Below, piece after piece: positions 45,992 to 59,758 of a stretch of 64,000 nucleotides of DNA (within the stretch, counting starts at the first letter, position 1; each line of letters starts with the position of its first letter). Location of the stretch: contig NC_043001.1 in the NCBI RefSeq assembly GCF_006345805.1, positions 104,222,001-104,286,000 on the forward strand, read 5' to 3'. A model generated the notes under the pieces. It saw nothing but the letters and a program-made list of their open reading frames with translations. It was not told the origin of the DNA and did not search any database. Position numbers and translations under genes: made by a program. The DNA is from Octopus sinensis (Eukaryota).

Positions 45992-46771
45992 CTGCAGGGT
46001 GAAAGCAATGATATGAAATAGAGACACGATGCACAAAGTCAAGGCAGTAAGAATCACTAGTAGAAGAAATGAAATGCTGCTGTGGTTGTTAATGCCATTA
46101 GTTACAGGCTCAAGTGTAAAGAATGGTTTTTGCCATCTATAAGCATCCCAATATCTTTCAGCAGCACTAGGACTGGTCAGTGTCCAGTGTATGGGCACTG
46201 TGAATGAGGCTCAGCCCATTTTTCAAAGAATGGTCAGGACCATTTTTTGAATCTTAAATACCAGCATAAGATCCATAGTGTCCCCACATTCCTCAGTTGG
46301 AATCTTTATTGACACCAAGCAGCTTGCCTCAGCTTGTCTTTGAATCAAGCCAACAGGTTAGGAACACTTTTAAGAACTTTACTAAACCTAAAATTCTGCA
46401 CAGGAATTGCAGACTTGCTTACCATTTTATTTTCAAGCCTCATGGCAATGGGAAGATGGAAGCAGATGCAGACCTAAGATGCTTGATGGGGTTGTCACCA
46501 ACCTGTACATAAGTGTCCTATTTTAATTTGAGATGCTTACTTAGACATGAGCAGACAGCCATCATCCTTAACGTACAGACAAACATGAATATTTCTTGCA
46601 ATAGTGAATCTTGGAGAAGATGATAAAGTTATAAATAGTCACATCAAAATATTGGGTTGTAAAAAGCCCAAAGGATAGAAAAAATCCCACTGCTTCAAAA
46701 CAGAATTATTTCACATTCTTTCAAAAGTTTAGAAGTTATTATGACATCAACAATGTTTGTGTGTGTTTGTG

Positions 46772-46805
<34 letters not shown>

Positions 46806-46906
46806 TTTTAATTTTAATTTCATGCAGAGAAAAGCAGCAAACTAACAAAAAGAGAATTTAAAACAAAACAGATGAGAATTAAAGAGAAGATAAATTAGAT
46901 ATTCAC

Positions 46907-47020
46907 CGAAAGGCTTGATGTGGCTAAACACATTTTCTTGATCCTTGGTATTATACAATTTTTCAGGGACGTATATTCAATAAGACTAGCAAAAGTAGGT
47001 ATGATATTGAGAACAAGTTC
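46907..47020 (-). CDS. SCYL2: SCYL2 exon (ELVLNIIPTFASLIEYTSLKNCIIPRIKKMCLATSSLS)
   Basis: tttccacag|GAA and TCG|gtgaat junctions, 114 nt, phase 0-0. Homologous to human ELCLNIIPTFANLIDYPSMKNALIPRIK. Confidence 0.97.
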
Positions 47021-50000
47021 CTGTGGAAACAGAAATATTTTGGGGTTATTAAATTTTTAAAATACTTTTGCTGGAATCTTCTATCTTAGAAAAGATTGTT
47101 ATAAACCACTCATGGGCAACCTGCAGCCAACAAGAATTATATATAAAACTAACTTTCCCCGTGCCATCAAAAATGATGGCTAATTGTAGTATTTTCATCA
47201 TCGTCATCGTTTAACGTCCGATTTCCATGCTGGCATGGGTTGGACAGATTGATTGAGAACTGGTGAGCCAGAGGCTGCACCAGACTCCAATCTGATCTGG
47301 CAGAGTTTCTACAGCTGGATGCCCTTCCTAATGCCAACCACTCCGAGAGTGTAGTAGGTGCTTTTACATACCACCGGCACGAGGGCCAGTCAGGCGGTTC
47401 TGGCAACGACCACGCTCAAAAGGTGTTTTTTTCCATGCCACCTGCAAATGAGCCAGTCCGGCAGCACTGGCAACAACCATGCTCAAATGTTGTTTTTCAT
47501 GTGCCACCGGCACATGTGCTGGTATGGTTATACTGACGTTGATCATGCTTGAATGGTGCTTTTCATGTGTCACTGTTACGGGAGCCAATCCACAGCCGTG
47601 GCAACGATAACGCTCGGATGTGCTTTTAACATTCCACTGGCACAAGTGCCAATCAGGCAGTACTGTCATCGGCCACGTCAGCGATTTTGATATAAATCTG
47701 GATGGTAAATCAAATAAATACTCTCATCAATGTTCACATACAGTCACATACTTCCCTTGTACACATACAGTTGAAACGCTGTTTGATTTTTCTTTTCAGC
47801 ATTGAATTTCCATCATCCCACTACCACTTTGCCATCACCCCTTCCTTTCTTATTCATATGTTGTGACAAAGAAAAACACGAGTATTATTATAGTAGATTT
47901 TTGAGAACCCAGACAAATAGAAAGCAAAGTGATTTGAGAGAGATTTGAACTAAAAGCATAAAGGGACATAACTATGTTCCGCAATGTACTTTTGTGCCCT
48001 GCACTAATTAAATCTGCTAATCACCAGCATCTAATAAAACAATTTATCAAAATAAAAAAAACATTAACAAAAACAGACAAGTGTTACTCTTTGGAAGTAA
48101 CAAGACTATTTAATTATCCATAGAAGCGTTTAATTAATTTAAATGTTTACAATTATTCTTTTCTACTCTAGGCACAAGGCCCGAAATTTTGGGGTGAGGG
48201 GGCCAGTCAGTTAAATCGACCCAGTACGCAACTAGTACTTAATTTCAAATGCTTACCAATATTAGCAGAACAATAATTTACCTGCTGGCACCGAAACAAC
48301 GCAAATGCATTGAACTGGGGGTCGATATTTTAGCCATGAAGTAGAGACTGTAAAAATACCTTTATTCTTTTATGCTTTTACTGGTTTCAGTCATTTGACT
48401 GCGGCCATACTGGAGCACCACCTTTAGTTGAGCAAATCACCCCCAGGACTTATTCTTTGCAAACCTAGTACTTATTATATCAGCCTCTTTTGCCAAACTG
48501 CTAAGTTACAGGAACATAAATATACCAGCATCGGTTGTCAAGAGATGTTGGGGAGACAAACACAGGCACAAACATACATATATATATATATGACGGGCTT
48601 CTTTCAGTTTCCATCTACCAAATCCACTCACAAGGGAAGGAACTTAGTAAAACTTAAATAATGAAGACAGTGAAATGTGATTTGAGGGTGATTTAGTTGT
48701 AATTTCTAGCAGCAAACAGTATAAAGTAGCATAACATTGCTTCATGTACAATAATTTATATTTGACTGAAATTCCTCATCACCATCATCATCATCATTTA
48801 ACATCCATCGTCCATGCATGCATGGGAAGGGATCCAGCCAGGTAGATGACTACCCCAGGCTATTATGACTGTTTTGGCAGGGTTTTTACGATTCGATGCC
48901 CTTCCTGACACCAACCACTGCATAGAGTGGACTCAGTGCTTTTTATCTGGCACTAGCACAGGCAAGGTTAATTTTGGCATGATTTTTACAGCTGGATGCC
49001 TTTCCAGAACACCAACCACATTACAGTGTGGACCGGATGTTTTTAATGTGGCACTAATACTAGCAGGGTAACCAAGTAACTCACAAGACAAAGAATTACG
49101 AAGGGGAGCAGGGGCATTTGAGGAGGGGAACTTGTGTCAGAAGATGAAAGGTTAGAGTGAGACAGAGTGACAAAAGCAGGTGTCTTGCCACAACAGAGGG
49201 GGGCATTAGTGGAACTGACCCAGTAGCAGATGATGAAAGGTTAGTCATCATCATCATCATCATTTAACGCTAGTTTTCCATGCTGGCATGGGTTGGACGG
49301 TTTGACTGATCTGGCAGTGTTTCTACAGCTGGATGCCCTTCGACAATGTAGTGGGTGTTTTTTATGTACCACTGGCACAGGAGTCAGTCAGGTGGCACTG
49401 GCATCAGCCACATTCGGATGGTGATTTTTACGTGCCACCGGCATGGGGAGCCAGTCAAGCGATTCTGGTAACGACCCACACATGAATGGTGCTTATAGCA
49501 TGCCACAACTACAATTTCCATTTGATTTACTTGACACACTGGGTCTCCTCATGCATGGTATGTCACCCAACAGAGAAATAGAGAGGCAGAAATAGGTGTC
49601 TTGCTATAGAGGAGGTACATGGTTACCTAGTGAGAGAGAGAGGGGGAGAAAAGAGAGAGGGAGAGAGAAGAGAGAGAGAGAGTAAGAGAGAGGTAACAAG
49701 AAAGAGGCCAGAAACAAGTGTGCTGATGTAAAGAAGATACTTGGTTACCGAGTGAGAGGGAAAAGTAAGAGGAGGAGAGAGAGTGATGAAGAATGAGGTC
49801 AGAGACAGGTGTGCTGCTGTGGAGGAGATGCATGGCTACCCAGCCAGAGGGACTAATAAGCAGGTGTCTATTTATAAGATGCAAGACAACTTTACAGGTG
49901 CTTTCTGTGTCCCTGTGCTGGTGTCTCATAAAAGGTTAGTGCCATGTAAAAGGTATCCAGCCATAGCAACCATGTCAAAACGGACAAATGGAGCCAGCCC

Positions 50001-50420
50001 CTGTCAAAACCACCCAACCCATACCAGCAGGGAAAATGGACATTACATCATCATCGTGGTGGTGGTGGTGGTGGTTGTGGAGGTGGTTGTGGTCGTTGTG
50101 GAGGTGGTTGTGGTGGTGGTGGTTGTGGTGCAGGTGGCAACCAATTTAAGTAAATTACTCATCATCTCAGCTGGTTTGTAAAACACTTATTTCACAACCA
50201 AAAATTTTAATTAATATATTCACACACGTTAGGGTAATTGCTATTTAATTGCTACACTTTCAAAGAATCCTGTGCATTGAACCAATTTGCTGACAATACA
50301 CAGGATTTCAACAGACTTCAAAATATTTCCATAACTGTCACAGATGTTCGTTGTTACATGTCACATTTCACGCAATGTGTGGATTGCAATAATTTGTAAC
50401 ATTTTCAAAAAAGAATTTAC

Positions 50421-50543
50421 CTGAATTTGGGGATCATTAGATTCTAAAGCATGGTAAACCATGGGTAAAACATGATTCTTGATGTCTGAAGAACTTGTTT
50501 TACTGAGAAGTAAAGTCATATTCTGCAGGAATATCAGGAGGAT
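50421..50543 (-). CDS. SCYL2: SCYL2 exon (ILLIFLQNMTLLLSKTSSSDIKNHVLPMVYHALESNDPQIQ)
   Basis: ttcttcag|ATC and CAG|gtaaat junctions, 123 nt. Homologous to human ILLIFLQKMDLLLTKT. Confidence 0.97.
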
Positions 50544-52563
50544 CTGAAGAAAAAAAACAAACACAACAGATTTATTATTCGACTTTCATAACAGACAGAA
50601 TAACACAAAAGATGCAATTAAATTTTTTTTTAAAAAAGCATAGGTGCAGGAGTGGCCGTGTGGTAACAAGTTTGCTTCCCAACCACAGAGTTCTGGGTTT
50701 TCCTAAATCATTTGGTGTAAATCAAATTGAGTATGCTTATTTCTTAGTATTTGAACTGAGTTATTTTTGCAATTTATCCAGTACAACTCTTAAACAAGTA
50801 AATAGTATTTTGGTTAGTGACTTATTCACAAATATACCAACACTAACTCCGCTGAGGGTAACATTCTCTGCAAATGCACAAATGCCCTATTCAAAGTTAT
50901 TTACTTTGAATTGTTATTATCTCATATCTGATTAGCCTGTTATTACGTAACATGCTTCATGATTTTAGTATACATAGCTTATTAGAATTTCCTCCTATGT
51001 TCTATATACTCTGGGAATGCATTAAAGCCCTTTTCGGGGCTACTTTATTTGAATTCTTACTATCGGGTAACTAATTTCATGTAATTACATAACTGACTTC
51101 ACAATTTGGATATTCATAACTTATTGAGAATTCCTAAAAACAAGGGCCTGTGTAAGACAGTTCGGTATTCTCTGTAAATGCTCAATACATACATACATAC
51201 AAACATATATATACATATATGTATGTATGTGTGTGTGTATGTCTGTTTGTTTCCCCGCCCCCTCCATCAGCACATGGCAACCAATGTTGGTGTGTTTATG
51301 TCCCTGATGATGGAGGGGAACAAGCAAGACACACAAATATATAGATATATGTGTGGCTTGTGATAAGAAGCTTGCTTCCCAATCACATGGTTCTGGATTC
51401 GGTCCCACTGCTTGGCACCTTGGGAAAATGTCTTTCTACTATAGCCTCAGACCAGCAAAAATCTTGTGAGTGGATTTGGCAGATGGAAACTGAAAGAAGC
51501 CCATCGTATCATCATCATCATCATAATCATTTAACGTCCGCTTTCCATCCATGCTGGCATAGGCTGGATGGTTTGACTGAAAGCTGGCGAGCCAGAAGGC
51601 TGCACCAGGCTCCAGTCTGATCTGGCAATGTTTCTATAGCTTGATGCCCTTCCTAACGCCAACCACTCTGAGAGTGTAGTGGGTGCTTTTTACATGTCAC
51701 CAGCATGGGACCAGTCAGGTGGCACAGGTATTGACCACGTTCATATGGTGCTTTTTAAGTGCCACCAGCATGGGACCAGTCAGGTGGGACTGGCATTAAC
51801 CCCACTTGTATGGTGCTTTTTACATGCCACTGGCATGGGAGCCAGTCTGGTGGGACTGGCATTGACCACACTTGAATGGTGCTTTTTACGTGCCACCAGT
51901 ACAGGTGCCAGTCAGACAGTATTGGTATCAGCCACAACAATGATTTCACTTGACCCAGCAGGTCTTCTCAAGCACAGTACTGTCTGACTGGCACCTGTAC
52001 TGGTGGCACGTAAAAAGCACCATTCAAGTGTGGTCAATGCCAGTCCCACCAGACTGTGCTTGATGGGTACTCTTAAACGGGCCGGTTATGCTACACTGGC
52101 ATAGGCCACGGTTACCGTCTCACTTGGCTTGCCAGATCTTCTCAAGCACAGCATGTCTCCAAAGGTCTCAGTCACTTGTCATTGCCTCCCTGAGGCCCAA
52201 CATCCGAAGGTTGTGCTTCACCACCTCATCCTAGTTCTTTCTGAGTCTACATCTTCTACAGGTTCCCTCCACTGTTAGCATGCAGCACTTTTTCACACAG
52301 CTGTCCTCATTCATACGCAACACTTGACCATAGCAGCGCAGTCGTCACTCTTGCATCTGATGCTTCTTATGTCCAACTTTTCTCTCATGGCACTTACACT
52401 CTGTCGTGTGTGCACACTGACATTACACATCCAACAGAGCATACTAGCTCATTTCTTTCAAGCCAACGCATGTCCTCAGCAACCACAACCCATATTTCAC
52501 TGCCATGTAGCATGGCTGTTCACACACATGCACCATACAGTCTACCTTTCACTCTGAAGCCTG

Positions 52564-52641
<78 letters not shown>

Positions 52642-52725
52642 ATATATATATATATATACTAATACATCTGTTTGTTTTGTACACCACCTGTCTTTGTGTT
52701 TTGTTTTTTTCGTGAACTCTTCCCA

Positions 52726-52823
<98 letters not shown>

Positions 52824-53085
52824 CATGTGTGTGTGTGTGTGTGTGTCCACCATTGCTTGACAACCAACAAATGTTGGTGTATTTGCGTCCCTGTAACTTA
52901 GCGGTTCAGCAAAAGGGGTCGATTTGTTCAACTAAAGGCGGGGCTCCAGCATGGCCACAGTCAAATGACTGAAACAAGTAAGGAAAAAAAAATATGTGTA
53001 TGTATGTGTGTATATATATATATATATATTCTTTTTTTTTTCCTAGTTTCAGCTCAGAGCTGCGACCATGCTGATGCACCGCCGT

Positions 53086-53155
<70 letters not shown>

Positions 53156-53157
<2 letters not shown>

Positions 53158-53378
53158 GGGTGGCCCAAAAGTAGGTTTACAGTTATTTGCACTCAAATAT
53201 CAACAGTTAAGATCTTAATTATAACAAAAATATGAAACCATTATTTTATGCTAATTCAGTTAATTTTGTCAAGCTCCCTTTTCATTTTGTAAGAAAGAAA
53301 TTTAAATGTGATAAAATGTTTTAAAAGAAATTTAAAGTGCCTACGTGATAACTGTGAACCTAGTTTTAGGCCACCCTG
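53156..53378. mobile_element. Tc1/mariner-type MITE (223 bp)
   Basis: 29-bp TIRs CAGGGTGGCC(C/T)AAAA(G/C)TAGGTT(T/C)ACAGTT. TA at the right end; left end within a (CA)n tract. Confidence 0.85.
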
Positions 53379-54744
53379 TATATGAAATTTTGAATTCAGT
53401 TCACAGACCCCCAGTACTATCTTTGCAGACCACCAAGGTTCCGAGGACCGCAGGATGGGAATCATTGGCACAGAGTATATGTGTGTAAACCATATAAACA
53501 TGTATTTTCACAACGCAAAACCTGCTGCTATTTGAGCCTACGAAATGTTCAGTAGGGAGTTGACACCCGTAGCTAACAGTTACATCCTGTCCTTCTCTTC
53601 CAGATTGTGAAAGCTTACCACAATGTTTAATCTAAATACTGTGAAATTTTAAGATTTTGTTTTTTTATGGGCATACATGGGTTAAAATCAATACACAACA
53701 AACGACAAAGTGCCACTCACAAGGAGTGAAGCATGACCTTCAAACGTTGGACCTCACAGAGGCAATGACGGAAGACCGAGACCTCTGGAGATATGCTGTG
53801 ATTGAGAAGACCTGGCAAATAAAGTGAGATCACAGCTGTAACCTACACCAGTGTTGCATAACCAGCCCACTCAAAAAGTACTTTGGATCGTAGGGCGACA
53901 TGCCATGCTTGAGGAGACCTATTGAGTCAAGTACATCAAAATCAAATCAAATCACAATCAAATGGAAACTGTAGTTGTGGTCCCTGTGCCAGAGGAACAT
54001 AAAAGGGACCATCCAAACGTGGTCAATGCCAGCCTCCTCGCTCCGACTGGCTCCTGTGCCGGTGGCACATAAAAAGCACCATCCGAACATGGCTGATGCC
54101 AGCACCGCCTAGACTGGCTTCCCAGTGCCAGTGGCACATAAAAAGCACCATCCGAACGTGGTCGATGCCAGCCTCCTTTGGCCCCTGTGCCAGTGAAACG
54201 TAAAAGGCACCCACTACACTCTCAGAGTGGTTGGAGTTAGGAAGGGCATCCAACCCATGCCAGCATGGAAAAAAGACGTTAAACGATGGTCATGATGATG
54301 ATGAACACTTCTCCCAAGTTAAATAAGACATATAGAATGTTATTTGGTTACTTGCATCACCAATAGCCATTTTTAATGAAGCTGCCAGCTGTCTGCAACA
54401 CCAGCGACTGAGTAGTCACTGCCTTTTGATACATCAGTAGAAGCAAAGTTTGATAAGGATGCAGTGACAGCGGGTGCTTACTGATGATGAAGTGCAAACA
54501 TGCAGAAATCATGTGATCTAGCAGTTCCACTATTAGTGCTGGACATTCTTCATCTGCTTTTGATACTTCTGTGCTTTTTAGCATTCAGCAGCTGTAAGTA
54601 ATGCTTTCTCAAGATGAATTTCTCAATATTACAGAATTCTTGTCTTTTATGTAAAACAGTAAAAAAAAGTCACAGATAAGAATTTGTTTCCGCTGAGATA
54701 AATTCAGAAAAATGATAGAACTCAATTTAAAAAAAAAAACTTAC

Positions 54745-54921
54745 TTGAACAGGCTTCTGGAGTTTAAACATTGGAATAATTTCAGGAAAGATAAGCGTCA
54801 CATATTCCTTTTCTGTTGATTGCTCTGCGATATAAAGAATGCTTGGAAGTACAAATGGTATCATGTCAGGGTTGACCGATTCACTGAACAATGGCGGCAA
54901 GATGCGTTGCTGATTAACTCG
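54745..54921 (-). CDS. SCYL2: SCYL2 exon (RVNQQRILPPLFSESVNPDMIPFVLPSILYIAEQSTEKEYVTLIFPEIIPMFKLQKPVQ)
   Basis: ttattccag|CGA and CAA|gtaagt junctions, 177 nt. Contains the VNPDM(I/V)PFVLP motif of SCYL2. Confidence 0.97.
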
Positions 54922-55010
54922 CTGGAATAAAGGGGAAGTTGGTCAATCATGGAATGAAAAGGAAATGGGAGAAAGCAAGTGAAAGCTAAAAGACAGATAA
55001 TACAGATTGG

Positions 55011-55333
55011 CAAAGGTGGACACCATTAATCGAAAAGTTAACTTCAATAACTGTAATTCTTTAAAAACTTAACAAGTTATTGACAAACCGTTTTTATTAC
55101 AGAAAAAAAACAAAAGATCCGTTCTTGCTCCAAAAACACCTTTAAAAAGTGCTAAAACTGTAAAATCTGTTAAGTTCAATTCAAGTTGACTTAAGTTAAC
55201 ACAAGTTAAATGTAACGGAAGTTAATTAGTCCGATAATGATTTCTAAAGTTAACTTAGAAGTTAAATCGTTAATGAAAATGTTAAGTTCGTTAATTAATG
55301 ATTAACAGATTAACAGTTTGGTGCCCAGGTTTG
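55011..55333. mobile_element. MITE with degenerate TIRs and probable 8-bp TSD (hAT-like)
   Basis: Ends CAAAGGTGGACACCA / TGGTGCCCAGGTTTG. Flanks CAGATTGG and CAAATTAG (6/8 match). Interior rich in GTTAA(C) motifs. Confidence 0.6.
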
Positions 55334-55627
55334 CAAATTAGCCATTCCATGCCCACCACCTAAAAGTAATGAATATCTTCTGCATTTATGTTTACTTTCT
55401 AATTTATGATAATTTATGACTAATAGACACTTCCAGTGAAACTCAAATAATTTCATATTCCAAGAGGAAGTCTCATAAATAAGAACTCAGATCTCATCCA
55501 CAAAGTCTCCCTGAAACAGAGTCTTCCAATAATGTGAAGAATTTTTCCTTAGAACCAGCAACATTTCAACTAAATTTCATGGGAAGTCAAAACAGAACAA
55601 AGAATATGAAGACAAAGAGAAATTCAC

Positions 55628-55753
55628 CTTTGGTAACTTGGCAATTATTTTTGGCAAACCTTTAAAGAATTTAGATTTCTGTAGGTTATCTCTTTGAAAT
55701 AATGTGTCTAAGTACTGTAGAGTCATAGATCCAACATCCTCAAAAAATGGAAT
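55628..55753 (-). CDS. SCYL2: SCYL2 exon (IPFFEDVGSMTLQYLDTLFQRDNLQKSKFFKGLPKIIAKLPK)
   Basis: ttttgcag|ATT and AAG|gtgaat junctions, 126 nt. Nearly identical to human IPFFDDVGAVTLQYFDTLFQRDNLQKSQFFKGLPK. Confidence 0.97.
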
Positions 55754-56149
55754 CTGCAAAAGAAAGAAATAGGTCAAAGATTTTTAAAAAAAACAATATA
55801 CTACATCAAGATGGTAGAAATATTTAGCAACAGTTATCTATATATGAAGTAATAATTAAATAAAATTAATATTGGCAATAATTTCTTACAACTTAATAAT
55901 TCTTGGGAAGGTCATTATGCCAATAATAATAACACACATGCTGTGGTTCAATATCACTGCTTTATCATTAAAAGAAGTGATACTAAACCAGAGCATGTGG
56001 TGTTATTATTGGTGCAATGATCCTCCCAAGACACAACAAGATTTGTTTTAACAAACGAATTCACATTATGAATCTTGCAAATACAAAAACAACACACAGT
56101 AATTAGATGTTATTAAACATTTTAAAGACAATTTTTTGTCGTTTTAATT

Positions 56150-57185
56150 AGGCTGTCAATGGCTGTACAACAATCACACACTCTTTGTCTGACAAACACT
56201 TCTGGGAATTAAAGGTCTGGAAATTAAAAGAAAAAGAAGCCCGAGCTTTCAACATGATATGGAGTATTTTGGATAGAGCAGCACCTTACAGTCACGGTGC
56301 ACATAAAAGACCCATCAAATGTGATTTATACCTGCTGGAAAAATATTTTATTTTATTCCAGGACAATAACTCTTTAAATCAAGGACGTGAACTCTTGAAT
56401 TCTTGCAGACACGCAACTAAATTTAAAATGTCGCCTAGCAATATACCATATGGATAGTGTATATTTTTGATCCTTGGACTAGTTTTCAATCACACTGTTG
56501 GATTTGTTTCTTATTATACATGATTTATTTCACATCGCAAAGTTTTTGAATATTTCAACATAGGGCATCCAGCCGTAGAAACACTGCCAGATCAGACTGG
56601 GCCTGATGCAGCCTTCTGGCTTCCCAGACCCCAGTTGAACCGTCCAACCCATGCTAGCATGAAAAGCAGACGCTAAATGATGATGATGATGATGATTTCT
56701 TATAAAAAACCTTTGACTGTTATATACAAATATTATTATTTTCTTGTTTAAGATTCTACTTTTATTTTATTTCATTTTATTATATTTCAATCATTTAATT
56801 TATAGATAATTCAATATAGGGTGTTCTATTTTGCATGTCTTTTATCTGAATTTTAGTCAGTCCTTAATTGTATTAATTGAATTATATTTCGTATATAATT
56901 ATTTGGAACACGTATTTTGAATCCACTCTTCGATTTACGGTTTCTCCTCAATTTTTATAATAGGATGAATTTATATTGAATTCATTTATTGTTTATTTTG
57001 TTTATCGCATGCTTAAGACCGTTAATTGAAAGGATCAATGAAATAAATCCATTTTTAAAGGTGTATCCTTTAACTAGTTTTAATCATATCGTTATTTCTG
57101 TTCTATTTTAACAAAACTGTCTGACGAACAGGAACGTGAAGCTCTAAGTAAAAGCTTGTGTTATATTTCTGCTGCTTTTAAATAA
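56150..57185 (+). mobile_element. Penelope-like element 3' fragment (GIY-YIG C-terminus plus AT-rich tail), interrupted by an RTE-tail element
   Basis: LSDKHFWELK...WSILDRAAPY...KCDLYLLEKYFIL...LNQGRELLNSCRHATKF fits the PLE endonuclease C-terminal pattern. Confidence 0.75.
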
Positions 57186-57964
57186 AGTATATATACATAT
57201 ATATATGTATATATACATATATATATATACACATATATATATATGTAGTGGAATTTGCATGCATGAAGTGGATTCAATCCACCACAGCCAAATTTAAATT
57301 AACACTGCAACAGAACTTTTCCTACGATGGAACAATGGTTTTTCTCTGACAGCAGTTTTTAGCTAGGCCAAAATAATGTCTTCACCACTTGACCCTTTCT
57401 AACCTCTTCTACTTCACCAAAAGCTAGAATAGAGATAACAAGACCAACACCTAAATCTATTGTTTTCAATGATATATCAATCATTCTTCTGGATGGTTAT
57501 ATAAACAAGCACATCCCAAGCAAAAATCAGTTGGTCACAGTCGAAGTCTGGCTGACCTGCTAGAACATTGGTCAGAGGGAGAAAGCAACTGTGAGACAAC
57601 AACCTACAATTCTCTCTAGCTCTAATTCTGTTCTCTTACAACATCATTCTATCTCTCTCTGTATTTACTACTAAACAATGAAGAGGATACAAACACAAAC
57701 TTTACTTCGCATACTTTTGGATTTATCACAACCTGCCCGTCAAGGCTAGGTATTGTAACATAACGGTAAATAAATACTTTCTTAAAACTTGATGCATTGT
57801 TCATCTTTCACATTTTACAGTAAACAATAATAACAACAAACTTTAGATCGTCACAATTGCTGACTTCGACACCTCATTAATAATGTTTACAAATCAATTT
57901 CCTCCGTTACAAATGGCACAAATCCACAAACCATAATACTGATTATAAATCAATTTTAAGCCAT

Positions 57965-57965
57965 T

Positions 57966-58010
<45 letters not shown>

Positions 58011-58372
58011 TATATATATATATATACATATACACACAAATATATATATATACATATACACACAAATATATATATATACACACAAATTTATATATATATA
58101 CATATACACACAAATTTATATATATACATATACACACAAATTTATATATATACATATACACACAAATATATATATATATACATACAAATATATATATATA
58201 TACACATACAAATATATATACATATACACACAAATATATATATATACATATACACACAAATATATATATATACATATACACACAAATATATATATATACA
58301 CACAAATATATATATATACATATACACACAAATATATATATATACATATACACACAAATATATATATATATA
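57965..58372. repeat. AT-rich minisatellite, units of about 24-26 bp (CACACAAATATATATATATACATATA)
   Basis: About 16 imperfect units built from TA/CA dinucleotides. Confidence 0.9.
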
Positions 58373-58504
58373 CATTCAGAGTGAAAGGTAGACTGTATGA
58401 CGCATGTATATATATATATATATATGTATATAAATATATGTAAATATATGTGAATATGTATATATATGTATATGTATATATATGTGTGTATATGTATATA
58501 TAAT

Positions 58505-59375
58505 AATCATCATCATTTAACGTCCGTTTTCCATGCTAGCATGGGTTGGACGGTTTGACCAGCGTCTGATAAGCCATGGAGGCTGCATTAGGCTCCAGTT
58601 TAATTTGGTAGTGTTTCTACAGCTGGATGCCCTTCGTAACGCCAACCAGAGGAGGCTGGCAAACAGCCACAATCGGTTGGCGCTTTTACGTGTCACCGAC
58701 ACGGATGCCAGTCAGGCGGCACTGGCATCTGGCACGTTCGGACGGTGCTTTTTACGTGTCACCAGTACAGGTGTCTTAACTACAATTTCCATTTGATTTT
58801 TATTTTGATGTTGACGTACTTGACTCAATAGGTCTCCTCAAGAACAGCGGGTCACTCTACGGGTATCACAACAACAATATCCATACGATTTTTATTTTGA
58901 TGTTGATGAACTTGACACAGTAGGTCTCCTCAAGCGCAGCAGGCCGTCCTGCAAGCCATGAACTCACTTCATTTGTCGCGTCTTCAAAGTCACAGCATAT
59001 CTCCAGATGACTCGGTCTTTCGTCATAGCCTCTGTGAGGCTCAACGTACGAAGGTCATGCTTGACCACCTCGTCCCATGTCTTCCTGGGTCTACCTCTAC
59101 CCCGGATTCCTTCAACAGTTTGGGAGTGGCACTTCTTCACACATCTTCACGGCAGTGAAACATGGGCTGTGACTGCGGAGGACATGCGTAGGCTGGAAAA
59201 AAATGACGCTAACATGATCCGCTGGATGTGTAATGTCAGTGTCCATGCACGACAGAGTGTAAGTGCCCTGAGAGAAATGTTGGGCATAAGAAGTATCGGA
59301 TGCAGCGTGCAGGAGAGATGATTGTGTTGGTATTATGGTCATGTACTACAGATGGATGAGGAGAGATGTGTGAAG
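58505..59375 (-). mobile_element. RTE 3' fragment with an inverted 5' segment (59146-59375 on plus strand)
   Basis: Minus strand: RCVKKCHSQTVEGIRGRGRPRKTWDEVV through to the (ATG)n tail. Plus strand: LHGSETW...WYGHVLQMDEERCVK. Confidence 0.85.
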
Positions 59376-59758
59376 CTGACCGCCATCCAAAAAATATTTA
59401 AGATAAGAAGTTTCCCAACCACATTGTTCCAGGTTCAGTCCCACTGCATGGCACCTTGGGCAAGTGTCTTCTACTATAGCCTCAGGCCAACCAAAGCCTT
59501 GGTAGATGGAAACTGAAAGAAGCCTGTTGTATACGTGTGTGTGTTTTTGTTTGTCCTCACAACTAACTATTTCACAACTGGTGTTGGTCTGTTTACATCC
59601 CTGTAACTTAGCTGTTTGGCATAAGAGACCGATAGAAAAAGTACCAAAATTAAGCCATGGGGTCGAGTCATTCAACTAAAAATTCTTGAAGGCGTTGCCC
59701 CAGCTTGGCCACAGTCTAATGACTGAAACAAGAAAGAGAAAAAGGAAACAAAGCTTAC

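Noticed and set aside
52410-53196. [16 protein letters not shown] ORFs (also at 1902, 10130-10499, 39292, 57894-58375)
   Set aside because: These are translations of (TA)n/(CA)n microsatellites.
54357-54584. ORF near a SCYL2 exon as additional coding sequence
   Set aside because: No similarity to SCYL2, and the flanking exons 54745 and 50543 join in frame without it.
57113-57155. Hammerhead at the end of the Penelope fragment (CTGACGA...GAAG)
   Set aside because: GAAA is mutated, stem II has only 2 bp, and I could not form stem I.
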